Positions 1 to 9,893 of a DNA stretch of 64,000 nt are shown in pieces; position 1 is the first letter of the stretch; each line of letters opens with the position of its first letter. A program made the position numbers and the translations under genes. The stretch spans positions 335 through 64,334 of the IMG/VR virus record IMGVR_UViG_3300035134_000062. One strand, written 5' to 3'. The notes beneath the pieces were generated by a model that saw nothing but the letters and a program-made list of their open reading frames with translations, did no database searches and was not told where the DNA came from. This DNA comes from a virus (Duplodnaviria > Caudoviricetes).

Positions 1-446
1 CCAAGATGAGCATCCCATACGCCCGTCCAACGAGACGCCACCTTATCCGGTTTTGTGATCTCTACTTTGAACGCCAACCTCCGGCCTTCCTGCCATTCAA
101 CTTCGACGTCAATGGACTTAGCTATGCCGTCATCTAACATCCACTGCAAAGCTTCGTAGCTATACGTTTTTACATAGTTGAGTGTAGATTGCGTAGGAGC
201 CGCGCGCCTTAGCAACCAAAGACGAGATCCAATCTGATGCCCCGATTCCTTTTCGTACGCCGACCCCCACCAACCTTCCCGATGCGCAAGTGGTTCCGGC
301 AATACATCATCATCCTCCGCCCGGCGACGGGTGAACAGTGACATAAACACGGCGGTATTCAGAAGTTCGCTTGACTCAAAATTCGCGTCATCCGGGCGCG
401 AAAGATCCGATGTCTGTGTATCCATATCGTACGTCAACTGCATCAT
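1..446 (-). CDS. Mu gp46-like baseplate protein (3' end truncated by the window start)
   Basis: Not in the ORF track. Manual translation from ATG 446 (ATGA overlap with the upstream stop): MMQLTYDMD...LNTAVFMSLFTRRRAEDDD...GWWG...IGSRLWLLRR...YEALQWMLDDGIA, typical gp46 motifs. It follows the gp45-like gene. Confidence 0.88.
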   Translation of the reverse strand, partial: MMQLTYDMDTQTSDLSRPDDANFESSELLNTAVFMSLFTRRRAEDDDVLPEPLAHREGWWGSAYEKESGHQIGSRLWLLRRAAPTQSTLNYVKTYSYEALQWMLDDGIAKSIDVEVEWQEGRRLAFKVEITKPDKVASRWTGVWDAHL

Positions 447-1054
447 GTCGCTTTAACCTTCGTGGCCGCAACGTCACCCACCGCAGCGGGGGGTGTTGCA
501 GTGGAAGTTGTGGGGCTGATAACTCCAACAGCAGGGCCAAGACCTACGGTTGCGGTTGTTATATGAATATGTGCATTATACGCAGTGATAAGGCTATCTA
601 CCGTATCGCGCAACGCGGAAATCTCCGCTTTAGTGTCCGCCGCCAATGCCACCCAGTCTGCTGCACTCTTTGCACCTATGTGCACTACATCATCGGCTTT
701 GTTCAGATACACCCGCTCCCCTGATTCCGTGTAGAGGCATACGTCACCTTCGGCCATGCCCGTGGGGCGGTACTGCCTATCAGACACAGCAACAACCACC
801 CCCGCTGCACGGTTACCACCCACGGAGAGGTAGATCGCCTCAGCTTCCGGCTTCGGAACGCTGGTAAATCCGAAATCTTGAAAACGCTCTACTTGATCGT
901 GCAGCTCCCCCTCATGGAGCTCCACTTGCAGAGATTGCATTTTCTTTGCATCATCAACAACACGAACAACGCCACGTGACACCAGCAAGCGTAACTTGTT
1001 CATTATCGGCTGCAACATCCTCTGCATAATAGGGACGAATCTTCTCGACATCAT
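443..1054 (-). CDS. Baseplate spike / assembly protein V (Mu gp45-like)
   Basis: RGVVRVVDD..MQSLQVEL..GELHDQVERFQDFGFTSVP..EAIYLSVGGNR is the gp45 signature. Start placed at the ATGA overlap at 1054. Confidence 0.9.
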   Translation of the reverse strand: MMSRRFVPIMQRMLQPIMNKLRLLVSRGVVRVVDDAKKMQSLQVELHEGELHDQVERFQDFGFTSVPKPEAEAIYLSVGGNRAAGVVVAVSDRQYRPTGMAEGDVCLYTESGERVYLNKADDVVHIGAKSAADWVALAADTKAEISALRDTVDSLITAYNAHIHITTATVGLGPAVGVISPTTSTATPPAAVGDVAATKVKAT

Positions 1055-2097
1055 GATTCCCAAAAAGACTTCGCCTTTGGTGACGGAAGCGGCTGCACGT
1101 CGAACGCCTCTTTTGCGGAGAGTTGAAGATCAGTAACGGTGCCAGACTCATCCCTTCGTTGGGTGACTCCTGTGATCAGTAGCTCATCGTCTAGCCAATG
1201 CTGTTCATCCACAACACGAACTAGCTGATTAGGCTCCCACAAGCCATCATCATGCTCCCATCCACGTACTGTATAGGTCAACTCTCGAGACTTTCCAGCG
1301 CGAGTATTGCACTCCCAATTCGCACGTTTCTTCAGCTCCGCCCCCGAATCTTCCGTATCCGCCAATATCACTGTAGGACGATAGCGGTCTACCCCACTAT
1401 CCGTAACAGTCCGAGTCAATGATGTAGCAGTACCATACATATTATCATCACCCGTAGCTTGTGTGCTGATCGTGTACGTCTGAAATCGATCCCTCCACGA
1501 ACGCCTGGAGGAGCTACGAAGCACATTCTTGCCAAATTCAATACGGGTAGTAATGCGGCCTGACCCAGCACGGTCGAAAATGAGGTTCCCTTCGTTGTCA
1601 GTCAATAGAAGGAGCCCCCTCCTGCGGGCGGCGCGCTCCAGGCACATGAAAGCAGTTTCCCCCTCCTCAATGGTGAAGCGAGAAAATGCACCGCCGGCGG
1701 AAGCGTTGATCGTAGCAGAAATACCGAATGGGTCGCATATCTCGCTCGCGATAGTCGACAACCCAGCCTTCAACCATGACCGCTTTCCGTTGCTTCTCAC
1801 AGCCGCACAATCAACCAGGTCCCCAGTCTTGCTACGGCCTGAAAACGACAAGCTGCGCTGACCTGCAGAATAGCTGAGCTCATCATCATCAATATAGCCT
1901 GTAGTGATGGTTTGGTTGCCATACTTCACCACAACGACTTGCCCCGCTCTGATCTCTACACGCTCTCCCAAACCAGCCCATTGATCTGTTACCCGCATGT
2001 TGAAGGAATGCGTTAGCTGGCTAAGTCCCCTGGTGACGGAAAGCGCAGTCCACCCAGAATAACGAAGCCCTCCGACGTTGAGTGTGAAATCACTCAT
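1051..2097 (-). CDS. Baseplate hub protein (Mu gpP/gp44-like)
   Basis: YSGWTALSVTRGL, SGRSKTGDLVDC, IEEGETAF..LERAARRRG, WEPNQLV; position between the gpN-like and gp45-like genes. Confidence 0.9.
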   Translation of the reverse strand: MSDFTLNVGGLRYSGWTALSVTRGLSQLTHSFNMRVTDQWAGLGERVEIRAGQVVVVKYGNQTITTGYIDDDELSYSAGQRSLSFSGRSKTGDLVDCAAVRSNGKRSWLKAGLSTIASEICDPFGISATINASAGGAFSRFTIEEGETAFMCLERAARRRGLLLLTDNEGNLIFDRAGSGRITTRIEFGKNVLRSSSRRSWRDRFQTYTISTQATGDDNMYGTATSLTRTVTDSGVDRYRPTVILADTEDSGAELKKRANWECNTRAGKSRELTYTVRGWEHDDGLWEPNQLVRVVDEQHWLDDELLITGVTQRRDESGTVTDLQLSAKEAFDVQPLPSPKAKSFWES

Positions 2098-3403
2098 CGC
2101 TCAAAATTTCCAGCTCCGCAAATTCCGGAATTTTGCATGGGTTGCGAATGTTGTTGCGCGCAATTAAGTCAACGTCTTGTGTGGGGTCTCCGTAGAGTTG
2201 CTGCGCCAATACGAGCGCGGGTAAAGAGGTGGCTGGTGTGTACGACACCACACGTGGCAATGCTGCTGAAACATCAGCCAGGTATTGCACCACAGCTACC
2301 CGCAGATCCACGAAAGGACCGTATTCAGTATCATCGGCCTCTTCGAGTAGTGTGTCTAGCTCATCCAGCACAATATCGCGTACTGTGTTCGCCTCAGAAA
2401 GACTCGTGAACGGTATGTCTACCAAAGCTCTGCAAGTCTCGACGACTGTTTGCGCCCTAATGAGCTTCCTCAGCGCAGCCTGATTAGCAGCCTCCTGTTC
2501 ACGTTGAGGAGTCGTCTCAGCTACGGTTGTCCAATCCGCTCCAATCGATGTCATCTCATCGAAAGTTTTAGTAAGGATATCAACACGCGTGTTACTCGAT
2601 GCGGGAGATGCGCCAATAGCCACAGTGGATGGATCTCCCGCAATACCGCCAGCGGTTTCCACTGTGCTAAAGTAAGCATCCCATGCGCTCCCAATGGACC
2701 CTATACTAGACATCATAGAATTGATGACGGCTTCAAATTCAGACGCAAGTTGCCCTGGTAGAGCGATCAACGACGCCACTGCATCGGCTATGTCATCAAG
2801 TGCCTTGCCAATCGTATCAACGATCGCCATGGCTGCGTTGACGTAGCTCTTAATGTCGCGGATGTCGCTTATTATGGCATTGACCAGATTAGTGGCGGCA
2901 GCAGCCACATGTGCGATGTACCCGATCGTTTCGAAGTCCTCTTCAAATTGCTCTGCTACGGCAACAGCCGCTACGGTAGCCGCCTCCTCCACCTGCGAAG
3001 CCCTATCAGGCTCCACCTGTATGAGCTCCGATCCTGCCTCAACACATTGGAATCGGATCCTGGCAATGCCTCCATCGGAGGGAGTCTCCCGAATGGAAAC
3101 CTGGCCCGTGGGAGTGACTGTCATTGCACCCCAATAAGGGTGCGTCAAAGGACCCGACCCCGCGGCCTCTATGGCGTCGCGCAAAGAGTCGCGTTGCGCC
3201 ATGTAGTCATCGCCTAGTACGTACGCTTCAATCTCGATAACACGCGCCCGACGTCCAAGATCTTCGACAAAAGGCTGGTCCTTCCCCGGGAACTCGTGGA
3301 GCACCGTACGGCGCCCGATGTTGCTCGTGATCGAATCTACGTAGAACTCCACTCCCTTGAAAGATCCCTTACCCTCAAGATGTAGATTATCACGCCAACT
3401 CAT
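2090..3403 (-). CDS. DNA circularisation protein (Mu gpN/gp43-like)
   Basis: N-terminal SWRDNL...SFKGVEF...GRRTVLHEFP..D.PFVEDLGRR, LTHPYWG; C-terminal PALVLAQQLYGD...IARNNIRNP. Confidence 0.92.
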   Translation of the reverse strand: MSWRDNLHLEGKGSFKGVEFYVDSITSNIGRRTVLHEFPGKDQPFVEDLGRRARVIEIEAYVLGDDYMAQRDSLRDAIEAAGSGPLTHPYWGAMTVTPTGQVSIRETPSDGGIARIRFQCVEAGSELIQVEPDRASQVEEAATVAAVAVAEQFEEDFETIGYIAHVAAAATNLVNAIISDIRDIKSYVNAAMAIVDTIGKALDDIADAVASLIALPGQLASEFEAVINSMMSSIGSIGSAWDAYFSTVETAGGIAGDPSTVAIGASPASSNTRVDILTKTFDEMTSIGADWTTVAETTPQREQEAANQAALRKLIRAQTVVETCRALVDIPFTSLSEANTVRDIVLDELDTLLEEADDTEYGPFVDLRVAVVQYLADVSAALPRVVSYTPATSLPALVLAQQLYGDPTQDVDLIARNNIRNPCKIPEFAELEILSDE

Positions 3404-5505
3404 GACGTCGCCATAGCCGGACCGTTGTACCAGCTTTCAATGTCTAGATCGAAACCCTCCGCCTCAGCTTTCCTGATAGATGCATTTCCCTCTGAATCTA
3501 CCTTGACCTCCAAACGTGCAGTCTTCTCCGGAGCTGCGCGCTCCGTAATTGTCCGGTCCCCAGTAGCTATGTATTTCGTCTCTGCAGCGAACTCCTTAGC
3601 TTGCCCACCTACGAAAGATGCAGCCTGGGCAGCCATACCCCCAGCCTCTAAATGAGCATCCAAAATTGCTCGTAGAGGTGCGGGCAGTTCAATTTTCTTC
3701 AACCACCCAACAAGTTCTTTTACTCCAGTCGTAATCGAATCCCACAACTCCGAAAAGAATACCTTGATCGGCTCCCAATACTTCTTCAGCTTCACCGCCA
3801 GGTACGCTAAAGCCAGAACAGGGGACAGAACAGCTATGACAGGAGCCAGCAGCAAACCAAGGATGATTTTGGTTCTCATGGATGCATTTTTGAATCGCTC
3901 CACCGCCGCAGTGATTTTATCCCAATATCTGATGGCCAAATATACGCCCGCCACAATCAAAGTAATGGCTGCAGCAATAGCTAGGACGGGCCACAGAGCT
4001 GCATTGATTCCGATAGCTGCCCCCCATGCTGAAAACTTCAGACCAATGAATGCAGGAATAGCCTTTAAGATCTCCTTCGTCATCCCAAAGATGCCTTTCT
4101 TAGCCGGCATCGTTTCAAAACTCAGGACTTGTGTCGCAGCAGTAGCGGCCTCCATTCTGAGCATAGTGGCTTCCAATGCTCCGCTCAACAGTTGCAGTGC
4201 TGTTTTGAACCCTCCAATCCCGTACGCCGCTACACCGGATGCAGCTTTCAGGGCTACCATCGAAAAAATCAACCCTGTCAAAGCGCTAGACAAAGCTGCC
4301 ACAATAGCAGCAGAACCACCCAACACCTTGGTAAGTGTAGGATGCTCTATAGCCCAGCTAGTCACAGACTGAATCACTTCGGTAAGTGTGTTTTTCAAGG
4401 ACGTTAAAGCTGGTTCAAGCTGTTCGCCTACTTCTACAGCCAATCCATCCAAAGCAGAAAGCAAACGCGTTGTGGCGCCCTTCGCGTTATCATCCGATAT
4501 GCGCGCCATCTCCGCTACGGCTCCGGAGGAATTCTCAATGCGCGCACTGAATTCACGTATGGCGTCCCCTCCCTGGGCCAGCAACTTACTCATCCCAGAA
4601 ATGGCACGTAAACCGAATAATTCTTTCAGGAACGTGGCACGTTGCCGTGTTCCCATGGTCTTCGTCTTGTCCGCTACATCAGACAAAATATCGACCATCT
4701 GCCGCATATTGCCGGTTCCATCATCAACGGCGATGCCAAAATGTTTCAGTCCGGCCCTTGCCTTACTCGTGGGGTCCGCCATCTTAAGCATAGCCGAACG
4801 CAATGCGGTACCCGCCAAAGACCCTTTGATACCGGCGGAGCCCATGAAGCCTGTCATCGCCGCCATATCGGCCATGGAATAGCCGAAATCAGTAGCCACA
4901 GGACCCACAAGCTTCATAGTCTCGAACATTGTTTCCATCGTGACGTTGCTACTGGTCAATGTAGTAGCAAGCTGATCAGAAACGTTCCTGGCGTCTTCTG
5001 CTTCCTTGCCGAAAGCTCCCATGATGTCCGATAAGATGTCAGCCGTACGGCCTAAGTCCGTACCTGATGCGGTGGACAAATCCATAGCCGCGGGGAGTGC
5101 CGCGAGCTGTTGCTCAGCATTGTATCCCGCAATGGCGAAAAATCGGAAACCTTCCGCCGCCTGAGTCGCTGTAAATCGAGTAGTGGCGCCGAGCTCTTTT
5201 GCCCGAGTAGTCAATTTGACAAAAGCATCGTCCGAAAGATTGCCGCTTACAGCGCGCACCCCCGACATAGCCGCCTGAAAGTCCTCAAACGCCGTTATGG
5301 GTGCCGCGACAGCAGCGCGAGCAACACGAGCAAACCGGCTCACGCCTTCTGCAGTCTGGCGCATCGCACCCGCTTGCGCGAACCTTTCATCAGCCTTTCG
5401 CTTGGCCTCAGACATAGCAGCGAAGTTGTTCGTTACCCTCCGCATGGGGGCAGTCATGCGGTCAATCAACCGAACAACGAAACTTACTTGTAGATTACCT
5501 GCCAT
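3400..5505 (-). CDS. Tail tape measure protein (TP901-like core)
   Basis: 701 aa. F.AAMS.VRAVSG...AKELGATTRFTATQAAEG...LA..PA.MDL and MGSAGIKGSLAGTALR, followed by a hydrophobic helical C-terminal half. Confidence 0.93.
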   Translation of the reverse strand: MAGNLQVSFVVRLIDRMTAPMRRVTNNFAAMSEAKRKADERFAQAGAMRQTAEGVSRFARVARAAVAAPITAFEDFQAAMSGVRAVSGNLSDDAFVKLTTRAKELGATTRFTATQAAEGFRFFAIAGYNAEQQLAALPAAMDLSTASGTDLGRTADILSDIMGAFGKEAEDARNVSDQLATTLTSSNVTMETMFETMKLVGPVATDFGYSMADMAAMTGFMGSAGIKGSLAGTALRSAMLKMADPTSKARAGLKHFGIAVDDGTGNMRQMVDILSDVADKTKTMGTRQRATFLKELFGLRAISGMSKLLAQGGDAIREFSARIENSSGAVAEMARISDDNAKGATTRLLSALDGLAVEVGEQLEPALTSLKNTLTEVIQSVTSWAIEHPTLTKVLGGSAAIVAALSSALTGLIFSMVALKAASGVAAYGIGGFKTALQLLSGALEATMLRMEAATAATQVLSFETMPAKKGIFGMTKEILKAIPAFIGLKFSAWGAAIGINAALWPVLAIAAAITLIVAGVYLAIRYWDKITAAVERFKNASMRTKIILGLLLAPVIAVLSPVLALAYLAVKLKKYWEPIKVFFSELWDSITTGVKELVGWLKKIELPAPLRAILDAHLEAGGMAAQAASFVGGQAKEFAAETKYIATGDRTITERAAPEKTARLEVKVDSEGNASIRKAEAEGFDLDIESWYNGPAMATS

Positions 5506-5644
5506 GGGGTTTGTTCAATCTCTCAGCTTGATCACACCAAAAGATGATCTCCTCCGCTGTCATCGCCCATAGCTCGGAGGGTGGGAAGTGGAAAAAAGCG
5601 GCGATGTACCCTATGACGTCTCCGAGGTTACTAATCCTTTTCCC
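5495..5644 (-). CDS. GpE'-like tail chaperone extension reached by a -1 frameshift
   Basis: The -1 frame after G GGA AAA (5638-5644) reads ...DVIGYIAAFFHFPPSELWAMTAEEIIFWCDQAERL..., matching the P2 GpE' pattern (FHWPPSEL..M...EL..W). It has no start codon of its own. Confidence 0.8.
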   Translation of the reverse strand, partial: GKRISNLGDVIGYIAAFFHFPPSELWAMTAEEIIFWCDQAERLNKPHGR

Positions 5645-5967
5645 ACGAAATCACCCACCACCTTCAGCACACGAAGAAAGTCCTCTGATTCCATCTCTTC
5701 AAAGACATCGATAGGAGTATTGGAGCATGCGCTAGCCAGACATACCGTTGTCTTGATATCGCCCTTGACTTTGTCAGTAGCCATCCAATCGCGCCCCTTG
5801 GGCTTGCGAAATGTCAGACTATCGATATCCTGGTAGTCCTTGCCGATCTTCACCCGCACAGTAGACGCCAATGCAACGGTAATGGTGCCGTCATCATTAA
5901 GCGTCAAAAACTGTGCGTCATCGACCGCCAAGTCGTCCAGAAGCGCTTCGTTGTGCTCATCAACCAT
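5611..5967 (-). CDS. Tail assembly chaperone (Mu gp41 / P2 gpE-like)
   Basis: ITVALAS.V....Y..LTFRKPKGRD, and its position between the tube and tape measure genes. Confidence 0.85.
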   Translation of the reverse strand: MVDEHNEALLDDLAVDDAQFLTLNDDGTITVALASTVRVKIGKDYQDIDSLTFRKPKGRDWMATDKVKGDIKTTVCLASACSNTPIDVFEEMESEDFLRVLKVVGDFVGKGLVTSETS

Positions 5968-5970
5968 CTA

Positions 5971-6324
5971 TTATTCCTCTACCGCCGGATCCCCACTCAT
6001 CTCAACCGCCACGTCACCTTCTCCACCGGTCAACTCCGTTGGTTTGGTGGTGAACGCGTTTTGAACGAGGTAAGTAACGCCTACGTCTGTCTCAAATCGC
6101 AACGTAGCTTCAACCAGATCATTGATAGCCATAAGATCTTCGTCCGCAGTATGTGCAAGCGTGAATTCGACAACCGCAGGAACGACCTTCTCCGAATACC
6201 CATACACAGAATGTCCTGTTTGCGCAGTCCTCTCCTTGCCTCCTGTGTTCAGCTTAGCGCCATCTTTGGATCTCTTCAGAGCTCCATTTACAAACACCTT
6301 AACAATGCCAGTCACCTGAGCCAT
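5971..6324 (-). CDS. Tail tube protein (Mu gpM/gp40-like)
   Basis: 117 aa, QVTGIVKVFVNG...GAKLNTGGKER...GYSEKVVPA.VE; directly after the sheath gene. Confidence 0.88.
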   Translation of the reverse strand: MAQVTGIVKVFVNGALKRSKDGAKLNTGGKERTAQTGHSVYGYSEKVVPAVVEFTLAHTADEDLMAINDLVEATLRFETDVGVTYLVQNAFTTKPTELTGGEGDVAVEMSGDPAVEE

Positions 6325-6336
6325 AGCACTAACTCC

Positions 6337-7806
6337 TTACAGCAAAAATTGAATCTGGCCGGCGAACACCCGGAACTGATTCATCAGATCAGGCGAGAGC
6401 AGGACATCAACGCGATTGACATCGCTCGAATTGCGCTCAACAATGATATCCGTTTTGAACTGCTCGAAATCTTCTACAAGCCCCTCTGATTCCCACAGAC
6501 CAAAAAGAGCCAAGATCTCTGATTTGATCAATGCAGGGGTGGCGATTGCTTGGCCAGGACCAAAATTAGTGCCATCGCTCGCCAGCTTATGCCTCGGGAA
6601 CCTAAGCGCAATGCGAGTCCGCAAAGAATACCGCAAGTAAGCCAGTGTCCGCATAGTACACAAATCGAGGTAGCTCGGATCCGGCAAGCTCAGAGCGTTG
6701 GTCTGGTACGTAGTAATCAGCCGCTCAACGTAGCAACTACCATCGGTGCCAATGGTGTACGTCGATACGCCATCAGTGAGCAAAGTATTTCGCTCCGTAC
6801 CCGTTAGCTGATCCGCCGCGAGAGGAGCGACACAACCTTTGATCAACAAGGTTTGTCTCGGTCGCGCAGGATCCGGCTCAGCCTCATCGAGGGCCGCTAC
6901 AACAGACGCCCAAATCCAATGAGGTGTTGGAGACAACCCTCCACCGAAGAGCGTAGTAAATTGGCTGTTACGAGCATTACCCGCCGTAGTCATATTGGAC
7001 AAGGTATCAGTCACGCCGGCGAAGATATGACCATCCTTCATGTACATCGGGCCCCATCTAGTGAGGAGCTCCGCTTCGAGGAGATCAAGGTTCGTGTCAT
7101 CAGCAAGGGCCGACACAATCGTGGTGTACCAGACATCGGAAAACACCGCGATAGGACCAGACATTGCGGGGTCGGTAGCACCGCTCGCCATCGCCACCAC
7201 GGTATTGGTGAGTCCTGCGGGAGTAGTCTCGCCATCCCCTCGATTGATTTCGAGCTTGATCCCGTTGCCGCATGTACCCTTGTGCAGGCAAGTCACAGTG
7301 ACAACCGATGACGCCGCAGCCGCAGATACGGGGAGGTTGCTAGTAGTCAGATACGTAGTGATGTCCGCCGCCACATTGTCATCAACCGTATCCGCCGCAT
7401 CGCCGGAAGCAACCGCCGTGACGATCCTCTCTCCGCCGATGTACGTGTAGATGGATCCAGCTTCTGTGGCCGTACCACTAAATGTGTACGTCCCGGTGGC
7501 TGCAACCCCTCCACCTTCTTCGTCCATAGCGATAGCCCAAAGCTCCGTGTAGGGGTTCAGAGCTTTGAATGCCTCGATCATCTGAGCAAGTTGGCTCCCA
7601 TGACCAAAAAAGGTTTCCCCAGATTGCGAGCTGGGAACCATAGTGGGAGTGTTCTCGGCGACGGTACCGGAAGAAGTGCGAAGGCCGATGACCAACGCCT
7701 TCTTGGGCATCGTAGTAAGCCCTTGAACGGCTCTGCTGTTGTCGTACTCAATAAACTGCCCCGGGATATTGAGATTCACGGGAATTTGGTTGAACGAAAT
7801 AGCCAT
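6337..7806 (-). CDS. Tail sheath protein (Mu gpL-like)
   Basis: ISFNQIP..L.IPGQFIEYDNSRA, FG.GSQLA.M, DPARPRQTL, ERNTLL.DGVST, RLITTYQTN, RFPRHKLA.DG, RVDVLLSPDLMNQFRVFA. Confidence 0.96.
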   Translation of the reverse strand: MAISFNQIPVNLNIPGQFIEYDNSRAVQGLTTMPKKALVIGLRTSSGTVAENTPTMVPSSQSGETFFGHGSQLAQMIEAFKALNPYTELWAIAMDEEGGGVAATGTYTFSGTATEAGSIYTYIGGERIVTAVASGDAADTVDDNVAADITTYLTTSNLPVSAAAASSVVTVTCLHKGTCGNGIKLEINRGDGETTPAGLTNTVVAMASGATDPAMSGPIAVFSDVWYTTIVSALADDTNLDLLEAELLTRWGPMYMKDGHIFAGVTDTLSNMTTAGNARNSQFTTLFGGGLSPTPHWIWASVVAALDEAEPDPARPRQTLLIKGCVAPLAADQLTGTERNTLLTDGVSTYTIGTDGSCYVERLITTYQTNALSLPDPSYLDLCTMRTLAYLRYSLRTRIALRFPRHKLASDGTNFGPGQAIATPALIKSEILALFGLWESEGLVEDFEQFKTDIIVERNSSDVNRVDVLLSPDLMNQFRVFAGQIQFLL

Positions 7807-8049
7807 TTACTTACCCTTTCTCACTTCGGGGCTAATCTCCGCCGTGCGGTCATCCTTCTCTGCAGACAGATCAACGCGCTTCTTTTTCTTCTGTGCTACG
7901 TGCACCTCAACGACATCATTGTCTCGGATTCTACGCAGCCAATAAGAACTGGTAGGCTTCTGCTCACCCTCAGCGGCCAGTTGTTTTAACGTGATAGGGT
8001 CGCGTACAATCAACCCTTCGCGCGCCGGTTTGATATTAAAACGTCCCAT
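7807..8049 (-). CDS. Mu gp38-like (DUF2635-type) protein
   Basis: IKPAREGLIVRDP...L..EGE.KP.SSYWLRRIRDNDV; directly upstream of the sheath gene. Confidence 0.85.
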   Translation of the reverse strand: MGRFNIKPAREGLIVRDPITLKQLAAEGEQKPTSSYWLRRIRDNDVVEVHVAQKKKKRVDLSAEKDDRTAEISPEVRKGK

Positions 8050-8058
8050 TGCAAAACC

Positions 8059-9015
8059 TCATGTAGCAGCCAACACAAAATTGGCCTTAGTAAGAGTCAC
8101 TCCCGCCGCAAGGCTAGCTTTGACCCACACTTCTAAGTAGTCATTCTCATCCAAGCTGACCAGATGTTTGAGCGAGAAAGCTTGCGGGTCCCCTGCTACA
8201 ATTTCTTGTTCGATCTCAGAATCAGTATCGACTGTACCGTTCTTCGCAAAGGCAAGAGTGACTTTGCAACTTGTGTCAACGTCTACAGACACAGAAGCTG
8301 TTGAAAGGAAGGGTTTTGCTACTGTCCCAGTATGCCGCAGCCTATTGTTTGTAGGCATATCAACATCAGAGTACAGATTGAGCTCCGTAGTTCCCGCGGC
8401 CTTAACGTACGTATCAGGCGTGCCGCAACTCGTAGCAGCGGAGGAAGTAACATTCATCTGACCGTACGCAGCCATGAAAGATCCTTGGAGTTGTACCATG
8501 CCCTCAGCTTCGACCTGCCCGTCGCGGGTCGCCAAGTCATGATCAAAATACGTCGTATGGAAATCATCCAAACTGTCGACATCATATACATCGACATCAG
8601 TTTGTTGTGACCAGCTTACCGACCACAAGGCAACGCCTTTTGCATCGATGTCGCCGCTGTAAAGGTTATCAACACGAATGTCCGTTGGAGCCTTAGCATA
8701 CGCGTAGGACCACTTGTTTTCTACAGCAAGCCCTACAACGCTCTCCACAAGAGAGAGAACAGCGGCGTCACGTTTGGTTCCGGACGAACCACGGGTAACA
8801 ATGAAAGCCCCTACGTTGGCCTGAATCACAGCTTGGGTGCTATCTCTGGTAACAGGACCACCCAGCACAGCAACAAAGCAAGCTGGTGCCTTGGTAGCGC
8901 AACGCTGTAGCTCTTGCTTGTTGAACGATCCACCATGCTCCTCCACTTGATTGAATGCAGACACATTCGCTTCAATGGAAGAGACTATGGCGGTCCTTAG
9001 AGCTACAAGCGTCAT
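8059..9015 (-). CDS. Mu gp37-like tail terminator/completion protein with an extra ~139 aa C-terminal beta-rich domain
   Basis: The first ~180 aa fit the gp37 position and motifs (V..HGGSF...EL, IRVDNLYS...KGVALWSVSW). The extension ends in a C1q/BclA-like pattern (LVSLDENDYLEVWV). Confidence 0.7.
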   Translation of the reverse strand: MTLVALRTAIVSSIEANVSAFNQVEEHGGSFNKQELQRCATKAPACFVAVLGGPVTRDSTQAVIQANVGAFIVTRGSSGTKRDAAVLSLVESVVGLAVENKWSYAYAKAPTDIRVDNLYSGDIDAKGVALWSVSWSQQTDVDVYDVDSLDDFHTTYFDHDLATRDGQVEAEGMVQLQGSFMAAYGQMNVTSSAATSCGTPDTYVKAAGTTELNLYSDVDMPTNNRLRHTGTVAKPFLSTASVSVDVDTSCKVTLAFAKNGTVDTDSEIEQEIVAGDPQAFSLKHLVSLDENDYLEVWVKASLAAGVTLTKANFVLAAT

Positions 9016-9452
9016 AGTTTGATACCCATTCTAGATTCGAGCCAGTTCACTGTGAGATCTTCGATCTCATCTCTGTCATCACTCGACACACCTAAAAATG
9101 GGCGTATGCTATTCTGGTAGTTCGCATACACGAGATTACTACCGATATCGACCTTACCCGTCCCCACAACGTATGTAATGCTGTCTCGAAGATGTCCGTC
9201 GAATTCCAACATACCTATACCGGGACGCTTCACAGCTTTCCATGCAGCATAATTCTTGCTGAGAGGCTTCCATGGGTGTCCGCTCGGCTCTCGCTTCTCC
9301 TCAACGATTCGTGCTTTGACTCGGTTGTCAATCAGACTGCCAATGTTGTCTAACAGATCATCGATCTGTATCCATGACATCCTGTTGACAACACGGCGGG
9401 CCCTATCCAAGCCCATGCTGTCGATTTTGAACCGCAGTCCTACACTCACCAC
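9012..9452 (-). CDS. Virion morphogenesis protein (Mu gpG-like)
   Basis: P.G.PWKPLS..Y...K...L...G.LRDSITY...V.IGSNLVYA...RPFLGVS.DD..EI. Confidence 0.9.
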   Translation of the reverse strand: MVSVGLRFKIDSMGLDRARRVVNRMSWIQIDDLLDNIGSLIDNRVKARIVEEKREPSGHPWKPLSKNYAAWKAVKRPGIGMLEFDGHLRDSITYVVGTGKVDIGSNLVYANYQNSIRPFLGVSSDDRDEIEDLTVNWLESRMGIKL

Positions 9453-9877
9453 AAACCTTCTAACTTAGCGCGCGTGAATTGTCGTACGGGATTGTCATCA
9501 TGCAATTCTGGAGCTGCATCCGTTTCTTCAGATGCATCAGTAGTGCCGAGAGTTACTTTCCCTCCCGCAAGTCGCGACAACCACGTCAACGCATCCTCGT
9601 AACGTGTGCGCTTGTCATCGGTCAACGATGCTGACTCGATGGACAGCCGATACATTGCAATATCGCAGCAGTAGTTTTTGAGAACCGTAGGGGTTGTAGT
9701 GGTTAGAGGCAGTTCGTACCGTACACCAATGTACGAATCCATTTCCTCAGATGCATTGGTCAATGCGGTGCTGACCACGCTAGTGTCGAGACTTCCGTCA
9801 CCGTCGCGGTCAGCCGCAATAAGGAGCTCTGTTGTGCCGAAGTACAACTCCATATCTGACTGAGTGGCGTAAGGCAC
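9446..9877 (-). CDS. Head-tail adaptor (Mu gp36 / DUF1320-like)
   Basis: YATQSDM...FG..EL...ADRDG...AL..AS.EMDSYI..RY.LPL, CCDIA.YRL, RYEDA..WL..LA.GK..LG. Confidence 0.93.
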   Translation of the reverse strand: MPYATQSDMELYFGTTELLIAADRDGDGSLDTSVVSTALTNASEEMDSYIGVRYELPLTTTTPTVLKNYCCDIAMYRLSIESASLTDDKRTRYEDALTWLSRLAGGKVTLGTTDASEETDAAPELHDDNPVRQFTRAKLEGLW

Positions 9878-9893
9878 AAACTAAACCCTCCTG

